Source: Nitrospirota bacterium | Lineage (GTDB): Bacteria > Nitrospirota > UBA9217 | Length of the DNA stretch: 64,000 nt | Assembly: GCA_963749655.1 (NCBI GenBank) | Contig: CAVVOB010000013.1 | Location: 32,001-96,000, forward strand | Direction: 5' to 3' | In this document: positions 42,088 to 52,292 of the stretch, one piece after another | Position numbering within the stretch: the first letter of the stretch is position 1 | Layout: each line of letters opens with the position of its first letter | Made by a program: the position numbers and the translations under genes | The notes under the pieces: model-generated | Database searches by the model: none | What the model was told of the DNA's origin: nothing | Seen by the model: only the letters and a program-made list of their open reading frames with translations

Positions 42088-43941
42088 ATGACTCTCGAAG
42101 AAAAACTCCAGAACCTCCCGAACGATCCGGGAGTTTATATGATGAAAGACAGCCGGGGCCACATCATCTACATCGGCAAGGCGGTTTCGCTGTCGAACCG
42201 GGTGAGTTCCTATTTCCAGAAAGGGCCGAAGGGAGAGAAGACCGAGATCATGGTGCGCCAGATCGCGGACCTCGAGACCATCGTGACCCATACCGAACTC
42301 GAGGCCCTTGTCCTGGAGTCCAATCTCATCAAGAAGCACCGGCCCCGCTACAACATCATCCTCCGAGACGACAAGAACTACCCTTACCTTCGTTTTGACA
42401 TCAGGTCCGAATATCCCCGGCTCGAAGTTGTCCGGCGGTTGAAAAAGGATGGGGCGCTTTATTACGGCCCCTACGTCCCCGCAGGCGGCATGTGGGAGTC
42501 CCTTGCGCTGATCCGCAGGACCTTTCCGCTTGCCTCATGCAGGAAAGAGCTGGGGAAGAAGCCGGAGCGCGCCTGCGTTCAGTTCCAGATCGGACGATGC
42601 CTCGGGCCGTGCACCGGCGAGGTTGACGCCGTTGCATATGCCGAGGTCGTGTCCCAGGTAAGGTTGTTCCTCGAAGGCAAGAACCGCGACCTCCTCGATA
42701 TATTAAAGAAGCATATGGAAGAGGCATCGGAGAAGCTGGAGTACGAGCGCGCTGCGGAACTGCGTGACCGGATCGCGAAGATCGAGGGGGCCTTCGAGAA
42801 GCAGAAGGTCATCTCGCCGGGGTTCGAGAACCAGGACGTGGTCGGCATCGCTTCCGAGGCGGGCCTTGCAGACATCCAGGTGCTCTTCATCAGGAACGGC
42901 ATGATGCTCGGACGGAAGGATTTCTATTTCGACGATGTTCGCGGTCTGGCTCACGAGGAAATTCTCGCCGACTTTCTGCACCAGTTTTATGCGAAGGAGA
43001 TGATCGTCCCTGCCGAGGTCCTTCTTCCCTTGGAGGTTCCGGACCGCGAGGTCTTCGGGAACTGGCTCACCGAAAAGCGGCGGGACGGCAGGGTCGATGT
43101 CCATGTTCCGCAGCGCGGCCGCAAGCGGGAACTCGTCCAGATGGCCACGGACAACGCGGCCCAGTCGCTCCGCGAACATTTCCTGTCGCGGCGGAGCAAG
43201 GAAAAGGTCCTCCTGCGCCTTCAGGAGGAGCTGGGGCTCAGAAATCTGCCGCGTAGAATAGAGGCCTTCGACATATCGCAGATCCAGGGAGCGGAAGCGG
43301 TAGCAAGCATGGTGTCGTTCGAAAACAACCTGCCGGACAAGAGGAATTACAAGCGATTCAAGATCAGGACCGTCCAGGGTCAGGACGATTTCGCGAGCAT
43401 GTCCGAGGTGATAAGCAGGAGATATATAAAAGCGAAAGAGGAAGGGGCGCTGCCGGACCTGATCCTGATCGACGGCGGCAAAGGCCAGCTCAATGCCGCA
43501 CTCGACGCGCTGAAGGAACTTCAGGTTGAGGGGCCCGATATCATCGGCCTTGCCAAGGCCCGGAGCGGCGAGGAGGGATCGGAGCGGGAGTTCGAGCGCG
43601 TGTTCCTTCCCGGCGTGGAAGAGCCGGTCATTCTCGATCCCACGAGCTCGGTCACCCATCTCGTCGCCCGGGTGCGTGATGAGGCGCACCGCTTCGCCAT
43701 CACCTATCACCGGCAGCTGCGCGCAAAAAAAGCCGTGCGCTCCGAACTGGACGACATCCCCGGCATCGGGGAGAAGAGAAAGAAGGTCCTGCTGCGCCAC
43801 TTCGGGAGTGTGGAGAAGATCAGGAGCGCCACAGAGGCTGAACTGCTTGCTGTTCCGCAGGTGACAAGGCAGGCTGCATCGGAAATACTCAATTATTTTC
43901 AAGGGGCAAGGATCGAGGGTCCAGGGTCCGGTAGCCGGTAA
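42088..43941 (+). CDS. uvrC: Excinuclease ABC subunit C
   Basis: PGVY..IYIGKA (GIY-YIG), DDKNYPY, IEAFDIS, LIDGGKGQ, RDEAHRFA, HhH. Confidence 0.98.
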   Translation: MTLEEKLQNLPNDPGVYMMKDSRGHIIYIGKAVSLSNRVSSYFQKGPKGEKTEIMVRQIADLETIVTHTELEALVLESNLIKKHRPRYNIILRDDKNYPYLRFDIRSEYPRLEVVRRLKKDGALYYGPYVPAGGMWESLALIRRTFPLASCRKELGKKPERACVQFQIGRCLGPCTGEVDAVAYAEVVSQVRLFLEGKNRDLLDILKKHMEEASEKLEYERAAELRDRIAKIEGAFEKQKVISPGFENQDVVGIASEAGLADIQVLFIRNGMMLGRKDFYFDDVRGLAHEEILADFLHQFYAKEMIVPAEVLLPLEVPDREVFGNWLTEKRRDGRVDVHVPQRGRKRELVQMATDNAAQSLREHFLSRRSKEKVLLRLQEELGLRNLPRRIEAFDISQIQGAEAVASMVSFENNLPDKRNYKRFKIRTVQGQDDFASMSEVISRRYIKAKEEGALPDLILIDGGKGQLNAALDALKELQVEGPDIIGLAKARSGEEGSEREFERVFLPGVEEPVILDPTSSVTHLVARVRDEAHRFAITYHRQLRAKKAVRSELDDIPGIGEKRKKVLLRHFGSVEKIRSATEAELLAVPQVTRQAASEILNYFQGARIEGPGSGSR

Positions 43942-44040
43942 CCAGGGTCCAGGGTCCGGTAGCCAGTAGCCAGTAACCAGGGAAGCCTGGTTGTTTTCTT
44001 GACCCATGACCCTTGACCCTGGCCCCTTGACCCTGGCCCC
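43902..44040 (+). repeat. Heptamer-unit hairpin element overlapping the uvrC 3' end
   Basis: cagggtc/cggtagc/cagtagc units vs tgaccca/tgaccct/tggcccc units. Confidence 0.8.
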
Positions 44041-44065
44041 CACACTCTTTTTTGGAGGAATACTA

Positions 44066-44884
44066 ATGACAAACGAACAGTGGCTGGAGGTTTTTAAAAA
44101 AATCGGCAGGAAAATGCGCGACGGATTGTCCGTGATCCTTGCCAAGGAAGGCGGCCTGGTGCCGCTGGGCAAGGGAGCGGGCGGCGACAAGACCTTCCCC
44201 GTTGACAGGTGGGCCGAAGACATCATCATCGCCGCGCTCGACCGGGCGCAGCGGGAGGGCGAGTCGTTCACGCTCATTTCCGAGGAGCTCGGCGTCAGGA
44301 AGTTCGGAGAGGGCGAAAAGATCGTGCTTGTCGATCCCATCGACGGGAGCAACAATGCCAAGAGCGGCATCCCGTTTTTTGCGACTTCCCTGGCGCTGTT
44401 GAACGGCAACACCCTTGATACCCTTGCAGTCGGCTACGTGACCAATCTTGCCGCCGGCGACGAGTTCTGGGCAATGCGCGGCAGCGGCGCATACCGGAAT
44501 GATGCACGGATACGGACCTCCGCGACGCAGGGGATTACGATCGCGGCCTACGAGGCCTCGTCTCCGGCAACGGACATACCGAAGATCCTTCCGCTGATCG
44601 CACAAGCCAGGCGCACGCGCTGTTTCGGCTCCACGGCGCTGGATCTCGCCTATCTTGCATCCGGCGCCATCAGCGTGTTCGCCACGGCGACAGCGTCGCG
44701 TACGTTTGACTATGCAGCGGGCATGCTGATACTGGAAGAAGCCGACGGGGTGATCACCGATCTCGAAGGGACATCGCTCGACCATATTGTCGTCGGGCTG
44801 GAAAGGACGGTTCCTCTCCTCGCAAGCAAGAACGATGCGACGCACGTCATGGCCCTGAATGCTCTGAGCGCACGACTCCGGTAG
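44066..44884 (+). CDS. Inositol monophosphatase / FBPase family protein
   Basis: ISEE, VDPIDGSNN, GSTALDL, FDYAAG. Confidence 0.88.
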   Translation: MTNEQWLEVFKKIGRKMRDGLSVILAKEGGLVPLGKGAGGDKTFPVDRWAEDIIIAALDRAQREGESFTLISEELGVRKFGEGEKIVLVDPIDGSNNAKSGIPFFATSLALLNGNTLDTLAVGYVTNLAAGDEFWAMRGSGAYRNDARIRTSATQGITIAAYEASSPATDIPKILPLIAQARRTRCFGSTALDLAYLASGAISVFATATASRTFDYAAGMLILEEADGVITDLEGTSLDHIVVGLERTVPLLASKNDATHVMALNALSARLR

Positions 44885-44945
44885 CGGTCCTTCTCAGACT
44901 CAGCAGACATATTGACATGCCTCGCTTTTTATGCAATTATGAAGC

Positions 44946-45872
44946 ATGGCCCTCGTAAATCACACCACGCGTGAGATCAATGCAAAGATCGTATACTACG
45001 GTCCCGGCCTCTGCGGGAAGACGACCAACATCCATCTGATCTATCACCGGATCGCGCCGAACCAGCGGGGAAAGCTCATCTCCCTGGCAACGGAGACGGA
45101 CCGGACGCTTTTTTTCGACTTTCTTCCCGTGGAGCTGGGAAGCATCAAGAACTACAAGGTCCGGTTCCATCTCTATACGGTGCCCGGGCAGGTGTTCTAC
45201 AACGCAACGCGAAAGCTCGTGCTCAAGGGCGCAGACGGCGTCATTTTCGTGGCCGATTCCCAGCGGGCCATGCTGGACGCCAACTTGGAGAGCTTCGCGA
45301 ATCTCCGCGACAATTTTGCGGAGCAGGGCGTGAACCTTGCGGAGTTCCCCGTGGTGATCCAGTATAACAAGCGCGACCTGCCGGACATCCTTTCGATCGA
45401 CGAACTGAATGCATCGCTGAATCCGAGGTCCGTGCCGTACTACGAAGCTGTCGCGAAGACGGGCGACGGCGTGCTCAAGACGTTTACCGCCATTTCCAAG
45501 CTCGTCCTGCAGGACATGCAGAAATTCCCCGAGCGGCACAACTTCACGCTGAGCGATATCGCCGCCAAGACCGAGAAGCGCGCAGCGCCTACGGTCAACG
45601 AGCTCATGCAGGAGCTCCCGCCGGAAGAACCGTCGATGCCGGGTGCGCCCATGGCGGAGGCCAAGCCGGAGATGGCCGCACTGGAAAAGGCCGTCGATGC
45701 CGGCGTAACGGTAACTCTCGGGAAGGCCGTTGTGGAGAACAGCGGAATTATCCTGCCCTTCGGCGTGGTGATGGGAGAGCGTGAGGACCAGTATCAGCTT
45801 CATGTCGCCATCGACATGGAGGCTCCGATGGCCAAGCGGTTCAGGATCGTCGTCAAGAACTTCAAGAAGTGA
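44946..45872 (+). CDS. MglA-like small GTPase with C-terminal extension
   Basis: KIVYYGPGLCGKTTN, RTLFFDF, YTVPGQ, NKRD. Confidence 0.9.
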   Translation: MALVNHTTREINAKIVYYGPGLCGKTTNIHLIYHRIAPNQRGKLISLATETDRTLFFDFLPVELGSIKNYKVRFHLYTVPGQVFYNATRKLVLKGADGVIFVADSQRAMLDANLESFANLRDNFAEQGVNLAEFPVVIQYNKRDLPDILSIDELNASLNPRSVPYYEAVAKTGDGVLKTFTAISKLVLQDMQKFPERHNFTLSDIAAKTEKRAAPTVNELMQELPPEEPSMPGAPMAEAKPEMAALEKAVDAGVTVTLGKAVVENSGIILPFGVVMGEREDQYQLHVAIDMEAPMAKRFRIVVKNFKK

Positions 45873-45958
45873 CGGTCGCGCCCGCGCCATTGCGCGGCAT
45901 GCAGCGGGCGCGGGAAATCCGGCAGAACCGGGGCCTTCGGCACAAACAACGAGGTACT

Positions 45959-46672
45959 ATGTCCAAGGTGACAGCACTCATTCCCGCAGCAGGCATGGGA
46001 AAGCGCATGGGCAAAACCGTCGCGAAGCAGTTCCTTCCTCTCGGAGACAAGCCCATGCTGGCGCATACGCTCCTCATGTTCCAGCGTTCGACCGATGTCG
46101 ACGAGATCATTCCCATCCTTTCCCAGGAGGACATGGAAACCTGCCTCCGGGACATCATCGAGGCATACCATATCACCAAAGTGAAGACGCTTGTCGTCGG
46201 CGGGAAGGAGCGTCAGGACTCGGTGTCCAACGGGCTGCAGAAACTCGAGAAGGATGCCGCTATCGTGCTCGTTCATGACGGGGTCAGGCCGTTCGTGACC
46301 GCGGAGATGATCAAGGACGCGGTGGACCATGCGAAAAAAGGCGAGTGCGTTGCCGTGGGGGTGCCGATCAAGGACACGATCAAGGAAGTGAATGATAAGG
46401 GCCTCGTTCGCAGTACTCTGGAACGGAGCCGGCTGTGGGCGATTCAGACGCCCCAGGCCTTTCCCGTGAAAGCCCTTAAACGCGCCTATGAAGAAGCCAA
46501 GAACCGGCACGTGTACGGGACCGATGACGCAACGCTCGTGGAAAAGTCGGGAGTCGCGGTCCGGGTCATCATGGGGAGCTACGAGAACATAAAAATCACG
46601 ACGCCGGAAGACCTTCTGGTGGCGGAGGAAATACTCAAGAGGCGTTACGATGCGGATCGGCACAGGGTATGA
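45959..46672 (+). CDS. ispD: MEP cytidylyltransferase
   Basis: [38 protein letters not shown]. Confidence 0.97.
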   Translation: MSKVTALIPAAGMGKRMGKTVAKQFLPLGDKPMLAHTLLMFQRSTDVDEIIPILSQEDMETCLRDIIEAYHITKVKTLVVGGKERQDSVSNGLQKLEKDAAIVLVHDGVRPFVTAEMIKDAVDHAKKGECVAVGVPIKDTIKEVNDKGLVRSTLERSRLWAIQTPQAFPVKALKRAYEEAKNRHVYGTDDATLVEKSGVAVRVIMGSYENIKITTPEDLLVAEEILKRRYDADRHRV

Positions 46673-47126
46673 TGTTCACCGGCTTGTTGAGGGCCGGAAA
46701 CTCATCCTCGGCGGCGTGGAGATTGCTGCCGAAAAGGGACTGCTCGGCCATTCCGATGCCGACGTCTTGCTGCATGCGATCTGCGATGCGTTGCTCGGGG
46801 CCGGAGGGCTGGGAGATATCGGCAGGCATTTCCCCGATTCGGCACCGAAATACAAAGGAATTTCCAGTCTCGTCCTGCTCGAGGATGTACGACGCCTCCT
46901 TGCAGAGGCGGGATATCGGATAAACAATATCGACGCGATTATTGTCGCAGAGCGGCCGAAAATGGCTCCGCACATCCCCGAAATGGTCGCCAACATCTCT
47001 GCGGCAGTGCAGGTCGACCGGGCGGCAATCAATGTCAAGGCAACCACCACGGAGGGGCTTGGCTTTGCCGGCAGAGGCGAGGGAATGGCGGCCTATGCCG
47101 TTTGTACGATCAAAAAAACGGAATGA
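46650..47126 (+). CDS. ispF: MEcPP synthase
   Basis: [29 protein letters not shown]. Confidence 0.97.
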   Translation: MRIGTGYDVHRLVEGRKLILGGVEIAAEKGLLGHSDADVLLHAICDALLGAGGLGDIGRHFPDSAPKYKGISSLVLLEDVRRLLAEAGYRINNIDAIIVAERPKMAPHIPEMVANISAAVQVDRAAINVKATTTEGLGFAGRGEGMAAYAVCTIKKTE

Positions 47127-47725
47127 CTATGCGGACGATCATCCTTACGACATTTCTTCTTCTGACAACGGTGTCCCCGATTTTCTCGCAAGCAGCGGAT
47201 CAGCCAGGCGGTTCGGAAGAAGAGAATCAGGAAGAAAAAAAGAGCTACTTTTACCAGTGGACGGACAGCAAGGGCGTGGTCCATATCACGGATGGACTGG
47301 GGAAGGTTCCTGAGAAGTATCGGTCGCGCGCGAAGAAACTGGAGGTCCTGCCCGGCGAGGATATCGGCGGCCGGGGCGGACAGGGTGAATATGTTCAACC
47401 CTTTGATTCCAGGGCGCAGCAAGAAAGTGAGCAGGACCTGAAACAGGAGTGGCAGCTCCGAATGAAAGAAGCGAAGCAGCGGCTTTTAGGTGCCGAGCAG
47501 CGCTACCGCGAGCTCAAAAAAAAGAAGGACGAACTGCTCGAAAAGTGGGGTGGGGTGGCTGCATTGGAATCCGGCCATTTCGAAGGACGGGCAGAGGCGG
47601 AGCGCCTTGATGAGGAAATGAAACAGGCACAGCGGGAAATCGACAGCGCCCGGAATGAGATCGAGGTTGTGATCCCGGACGAGGCGCGCAAGGCAAGCAT
47701 CCCGCCTGGATGGCTGAGAGAATAG
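47123..47725 (+). CDS. DUF4124-like secreted protein with coiled coil
   Basis: Signal peptide; [19 protein letters not shown]; C-terminal ASIPPGWLR. Confidence 0.75.
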   Translation: MTMRTIILTTFLLLTTVSPIFSQAADQPGGSEEENQEEKKSYFYQWTDSKGVVHITDGLGKVPEKYRSRAKKLEVLPGEDIGGRGGQGEYVQPFDSRAQQESEQDLKQEWQLRMKEAKQRLLGAEQRYRELKKKKDELLEKWGGVAALESGHFEGRAEAERLDEEMKQAQREIDSARNEIEVVIPDEARKASIPPGWLRE

Positions 47726-47729
47726 TCAG

Positions 47730-47800
47730 ATTGCGGATTGCGAATTTCGGATTGTGAATTGAAAATCAGGTTCCGAAATATGCAATCCGCAATCCGCAAT
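47730..47800 (+). repeat. Heptamer-unit hairpin element
   Basis: attgcgg-attgcga-atttcgg-attgtga ... ccgaaat-atgcaat-ccgcaat-ccgcaat. Confidence 0.8.
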
Positions 47801-47806
47801 GTGAAG

Positions 47807-48460
47807 ATGATCGAAACTTTTCGAAAAATCAAGAGAGATTTCCGCGCAGCGCTTTCCATGGACCCGGCGGCAACGAGCAAGCTGGAGGTTGCACTTACCT
47901 ATTCCGGTTTTCACGCACTTCTCTTCTACCGCTTTGCTCACTGGATGGGGAAGAAGCGAATTCCCTTTTGCCCGCGGGCGTTCTCTCAGTTTGCGCGGTT
48001 CCTGACCGGCATCGAGATACATCCCGGTGCAGTGATCGGCTCCGGCCTGTTCATTGACCATGGAATGGGTGTGGTGATCGGTGAGACCACGGAGATCGGA
48101 GACAGTGTCACTCTTTTTCAGGGTGTGACGCTCGGAGGGACCGGCAAGCAGCGGGGAAAGCGTCATCCCACCCTCGGCAGTCATGTAGTGGTCGGCGCGG
48201 GCGCAAAAGTGCTCGGCCCGATAAAGATCGGCGACTATGTCAAAATCGGGGCGAATTCAGTAGTTTTGCAGGATGTTCCCGACCACTCCACTGTGGTCGG
48301 GATTCCCGGCAGAATCGTACGCATCAAGGACGAACGTGTGGCTGACGACGCGCTCATGGACCATATTCATATCCCGGACCCGATTGCGGACCGGCTGATC
48401 GACCTGCAGGTGCAGATAGATACGCTGAGAAGAGAGTTGGACAGCCTGAAGAAAGAATAA
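47807..48460 (+). CDS. cysE: Serine O-acetyltransferase
   Basis: [38 protein letters not shown]. Confidence 0.96.
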   Translation: MIETFRKIKRDFRAALSMDPAATSKLEVALTYSGFHALLFYRFAHWMGKKRIPFCPRAFSQFARFLTGIEIHPGAVIGSGLFIDHGMGVVIGETTEIGDSVTLFQGVTLGGTGKQRGKRHPTLGSHVVVGAGAKVLGPIKIGDYVKIGANSVVLQDVPDHSTVVGIPGRIVRIKDERVADDALMDHIHIPDPIADRLIDLQVQIDTLRRELDSLKKE

Positions 48461-48502
48461 TGCGCTGTCCGCTCCGGGGGAGGGCGAACGGAGATCCGGT
48501 CT

Positions 48503-48922
48503 CTATGCGTCCACGATCCTGTAGCTGTGGGTGATCGTTCCGGCTTTGGCGAGCGTGGCGCCGACCGAACAGTATTTGTCCAACGACAAGGTAATGGCCC
48601 GTTCGACTGCTTCTTTTTCAATCCCCTTGCCTTTCACGATGTACTCAATGTGAACTGTCTTGTAAATTTTCGGATAGTCCTCTGTCTTTTCACCCTTCAC
48701 ATTAATTTCAAGACCGCTTACGTTCTGCCGCTTTTTCCGGAGAATCGATATTACATCCATGCCTGAGCAACCGCCGAATCCGACGAGCAGCAGTTCCATG
48801 GGCCGGAATCCCGCGTTGCGGCCCCCTGACGCATCATCAGCATCCATGGTGAGTGTGTGTCCGGATGTCGCTTCTCCGTTGAATTGCATATCTTGAATGA
48901 GTGTGACTTTTGCTTCGACCAT
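48503..48922 (-). CDS. OsmC/YhfA family protein
   Basis: GFRPMELLL..GGCSGMDV, KYCSV. Confidence 0.9.
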   Translation of the reverse strand: MVEAKVTLIQDMQFNGEATSGHTLTMDADDASGGRNAGFRPMELLLVGFGGCSGMDVISILRKKRQNVSGLEINVKGEKTEDYPKIYKTVHIEYIVKGKGIEKEAVERAITLSLDKYCSVGATLAKAGTITHSYRIVDA

Positions 48923-49398
48923 AATTGGGTTCCTTTCATTCTCTGAAATCTCCGCAAGGGAGTTTTTTTATGTTATCAGAAGTCCGCTGAAGGTGTCAAT
49001 CGTGATAGCTCGCGCATGAATTCGTCTTTTCTGGGACTTATGACCTTGAAGTGTGCTTGAGATTATGCATTTTATTTGGTAAAAATGCCAAATATTGAAT
49101 TACTGAGTATTTACTACTTGTAATCAATTGCTTAACATGAATTCTGTAAAATTTTATGGTAATTAGGCCATGATTGAGATGAATAGGTATGGTTACTAAA
49201 AAATCTAAGATTATGATTAATAAATAGATTGTGCATGTAGATTATAATGATTGTTCTGGCTGTTAACTTGCAGGATAATATGCCTCGACCTAAGGCTTCT
49301 ATCATACATACTTAAGTATTTGTTTTATTTAGTGGTCCTCTTTAATATTCATAACCCTGTAAATTATGACCCATTATGATGCAATTAGTTTTTTTTAT

Positions 49399-49427
49399 TT
49401 GACTAATAAGGATAGTGCACTTACAAT
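49399..49427 (+). promoter_or_regulatory. Candidate dsrA promoter
   Basis: TTGACT-17-TACAAT preceded by a T-tract, in an AT-rich 750-bp spacer. Confidence 0.55.
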
Positions 49428-49679
49428 CTGATGTCTTAATCATTATGGCTGACAGTATGCTTTGCTGGTCTACAGGTCAACAACCCGCCGAGCCAATAAT
49501 TCTATATCCCGGTTACTTTTTCAGAAAGGGGGGACCGCAACCTTACAGGAAATACATTTCTGATGCAGTTCCAGAGAACGATGGTCAGTTGTTTCCATGG
49601 TTCAGTTCCGGTGATGCATTCGTATCTCGACTACAGTTCGCATAATTCGTGAGATAAATCTATAAGGAGGATTTCCTAA

Positions 49680-50858
49680 ATGAGCAATGATGGTAAAACA
49701 CCGATGCTTGACGACCTTGAAAAAGGCGCATGGCCGAGTTTCGTAAAGGAGATCAAAAAAGCCGCGAAGACCAGCAATACGGCAAAAGATCTGCTCGGCA
49801 TCCTTGAGAGATCATACAGGGACAAAGTCACCCACTGGAAGCACGGGGGTATCGTGGGCGTCCTCGGTTACGGCGGCGGCGTTATCGGCCGTTACTGCGA
49901 CCTGCCTGAAGAATACCCCGGCGTGGCGCATTTCCATACCGTGCGTATCAATCCCCCGTCCGGATTTTTCTATACCTCCAAAGCAATGAAAGAGCTGTGC
50001 GATATCTGGGACAAGTACGGCAGCGGTCTCACGAACACGCACGGTTCCACGGGCGACCTCGTGTGGCTCGGAACCCAGACCGACAAGCTTGAGCCCATTT
50101 TCGCAGAAATCACCGCAAAGGGCTGGGACCTCGGCGGCTCCGGTTCCTGCCTCCGCACCCCGAGCTCCTGCGTGGGCATGGCCCGCTGCGAATATGCAAA
50201 CATCGACACCATGTCGATCTGCCACACCATGACCCAGAAATTCCAGGACGAGCTTCATCGTCCCGCCTTCCCCTACAAGTTCAAGATCAAAGTCTCCGGC
50301 TGCCCCAACGACTGCACTGCGTCGATTGCCCGCGCCGACATGTCCATCATCGGCACCTGGAGGGACAATATCCGGATCGATGCCGCAGAAGTGAAGAACT
50401 ATGCAAAGAGCATGGACATCAAGACCGAAGTGGCCGATATGTGCCCGACCAAGTGCATCAGCTTCGACGGCAGCACGCTCAAGATCAACGACAAGGACTG
50501 CACGCGCTGCATGCACTGCATCAACCGCATGCCCAAAGCCCTGCGTCCCGGCAAAGACAAGGGCGCCACGATCATGCTCGGCGGCAAAGCCCCGATCGTG
50601 ACCGGCGCTCTCATGAGCTGGGTCCTCGTGCCCTTCATGAAGCTCGAAGCACCCTTTGACAATCTGGAAGACCTCATCCGCAAGCTCTGGGAATGGTGGG
50701 ATGAGCACGGAAAGAACCGCGAGCGTATCGGCGAGCTCGTTGACCGCATGGGCATGAGATCCATGCTTGAATCGACCGGCCTCCCGCCGGTACCGCAGAT
50801 GGTCAAGGCCCCGAGGTCCAACCCCTACGTGTTCTGGGCGCCGGGCGAAGTGAAGTAG
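49680..50858 (+). CDS. dsrA: Dissimilatory sulfite reductase alpha subunit
   Basis: THWKHGGIVGVLGYGGGVIGRY, CX5C (CVGMARC), GCPNDC, CTRCMHC. Confidence 0.98.
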   Translation: MSNDGKTPMLDDLEKGAWPSFVKEIKKAAKTSNTAKDLLGILERSYRDKVTHWKHGGIVGVLGYGGGVIGRYCDLPEEYPGVAHFHTVRINPPSGFFYTSKAMKELCDIWDKYGSGLTNTHGSTGDLVWLGTQTDKLEPIFAEITAKGWDLGGSGSCLRTPSSCVGMARCEYANIDTMSICHTMTQKFQDELHRPAFPYKFKIKVSGCPNDCTASIARADMSIIGTWRDNIRIDAAEVKNYAKSMDIKTEVADMCPTKCISFDGSTLKINDKDCTRCMHCINRMPKALRPGKDKGATIMLGGKAPIVTGALMSWVLVPFMKLEAPFDNLEDLIRKLWEWWDEHGKNRERIGELVDRMGMRSMLESTGLPPVPQMVKAPRSNPYVFWAPGEVK

Positions 50859-50900
50859 TCGAGACTAATTTAAGAATAATTCCAAGGAGGGAAACTCAGA

Positions 50901-51974
50901 ATGGCTGACAAACCGAAAAGAATAACAGACCTTGGTTCGCCGGATTATCATAAATTCCTGCCTCCCGTGATTGCGAAAAACTACGGGAAGTGGAAGTACC
51001 ATGAAGTGATCAACCACGGCACGATGAAACACGTGTCGGAGACCGGGGACGAACTGTACACCGTACGTATGGCTACCCCGCGCCTCGTGAGCACCGAGTT
51101 CATTCGCGAGATGTGCGACATTTCCGAGAAGTACAGCGGCGGATACCTCCGCTGGACGACCCGTCACAACGTCGAATTCTTCCCTGAGAAGGGGCAGGTC
51201 GACGCGCTGGTCGCGGACCTCAAGAAGCGCGGCCATCTCGTGGGCGGCATCGGCTACGGCATCAGCAACGTGGTTCATACCCAGGGCTGGGTGCACTGCC
51301 ATACGCCTGCAACGGACGCCTCCGGCGTCGTGAAGGCGGTCATGGATGAGCTTCACGAGTACTTTACGCACAAGAGCCTTCCGGCGCGCGTCAGGATAGC
51401 CCTTGCCTGCTGCCTGAACATGTGCGGCGCGGTGCACTGCTCCGACATCGCCATCCTCGGCATTCACCGCAAACCGCCGAAGGTGAACGAGGCGACGATC
51501 GGAAACCAGTGCGAGATTCCCACGACCATCGCCTCGTGCCCCACGGGCGCCATCAGCCCGAACCCGGCAGCGAAGTCCGTGAAGATCAAGGAAGAGCGCT
51601 GCATGTATTGCGGCAATTGCTACACCATGTGTCCTTCGCTTCCGATCGCAGACGGTTCCGGCGACGGTATCTCCATCTGGGTCGGCGGCAAGGTGTCCAA
51701 CGCCCGTGGTGTACCGCGCATGTCGAAACTGGCCATTCCGTTCCTCCCGAACAATCCGCCGCGCTGGCCTGAAGTCGTGAAGGCCGTGAAGCATCTGGTG
51801 GAGGTTTATGCCAAGGACGCCCGCAAGCATGAGCGCTATGGTGAATGGATCGAGCGTATCGGCTGGGAGCGGTTCTTCAAAATGACCGGCATTTCGTTCA
51901 CCTACCAGCACATTGATGACTTCACGTTCGCACGTGAATCGTTCAGAATGACGCCGACCTTCAAGTGGGAATAA
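50901..51974 (+). CDS. dsrB: Dissimilatory sulfite reductase beta subunit
   Basis: [45 protein letters not shown]. Confidence 0.98.
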   Translation: MADKPKRITDLGSPDYHKFLPPVIAKNYGKWKYHEVINHGTMKHVSETGDELYTVRMATPRLVSTEFIREMCDISEKYSGGYLRWTTRHNVEFFPEKGQVDALVADLKKRGHLVGGIGYGISNVVHTQGWVHCHTPATDASGVVKAVMDELHEYFTHKSLPARVRIALACCLNMCGAVHCSDIAILGIHRKPPKVNEATIGNQCEIPTTIASCPTGAISPNPAAKSVKIKEERCMYCGNCYTMCPSLPIADGSGDGISIWVGGKVSNARGVPRMSKLAIPFLPNNPPRWPEVVKAVKHLVEVYAKDARKHERYGEWIERIGWERFFKMTGISFTYQHIDDFTFARESFRMTPTFKWE

Positions 51975-51993
51975 CGAAACGGTGACTCTCGAT

Positions 51994-52026
51994 AACTGGC
52001 CCCGGTTAGGTTACCGGGGCCAGTTT
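51994..52026 (+). terminator. Hairpin between dsrB and dsrD
   Basis: aactggccccggt-taggtt-accggggccagtt. Confidence 0.6.
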
Positions 52027-52061
52027 CCTTGATGTGCTCAATTTATTTGGAGGGGACGACT

Positions 52062-52292
52062 ATGGACGCTGCAGAATTGCAGAAAAAAGTATACGAGTTG
52101 GTTGAAAAGAACCAGGGCAAAAAGAAACTGAAGGCCGGCGACATTACCAAGGCCATGGAAGCGGAAGGCGCAGCTCGGGACGAGATTAAGGCTGCGATCC
52201 GCGAGCTCGTTGATGGCGGAAAACTGGTCTACTCCTATTTCGGCGGCAGCTTCATTGAAATTCCGCACAAGGAAGGGTCGGCCAATCCCTGA
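52062..52292 (+). CDS. dsrD: DsrD
   Basis: 76-aa winged-helix-like protein directly after dsrB; IRELVDGGKLVYSYFGGSF. Confidence 0.8.
   Translation: MDAAELQKKVYELVEKNQGKKKLKAGDITKAMEAEGAARDEIKAAIRELVDGGKLVYSYFGGSFIEIPHKEGSANP

Noticed and set aside
49415-49645. 76-aa ORF upstream of dsrA
   Set aside because: It starts inside the predicted promoter, has no convincing RBS and shows no recognisable motif.
52290-52292. Sec read-through at the dsrD TGA
   Set aside because: The TGA overlaps the dsrN ATG (normal coupling), is not at a Cys position, and has no SECIS-like hairpin.
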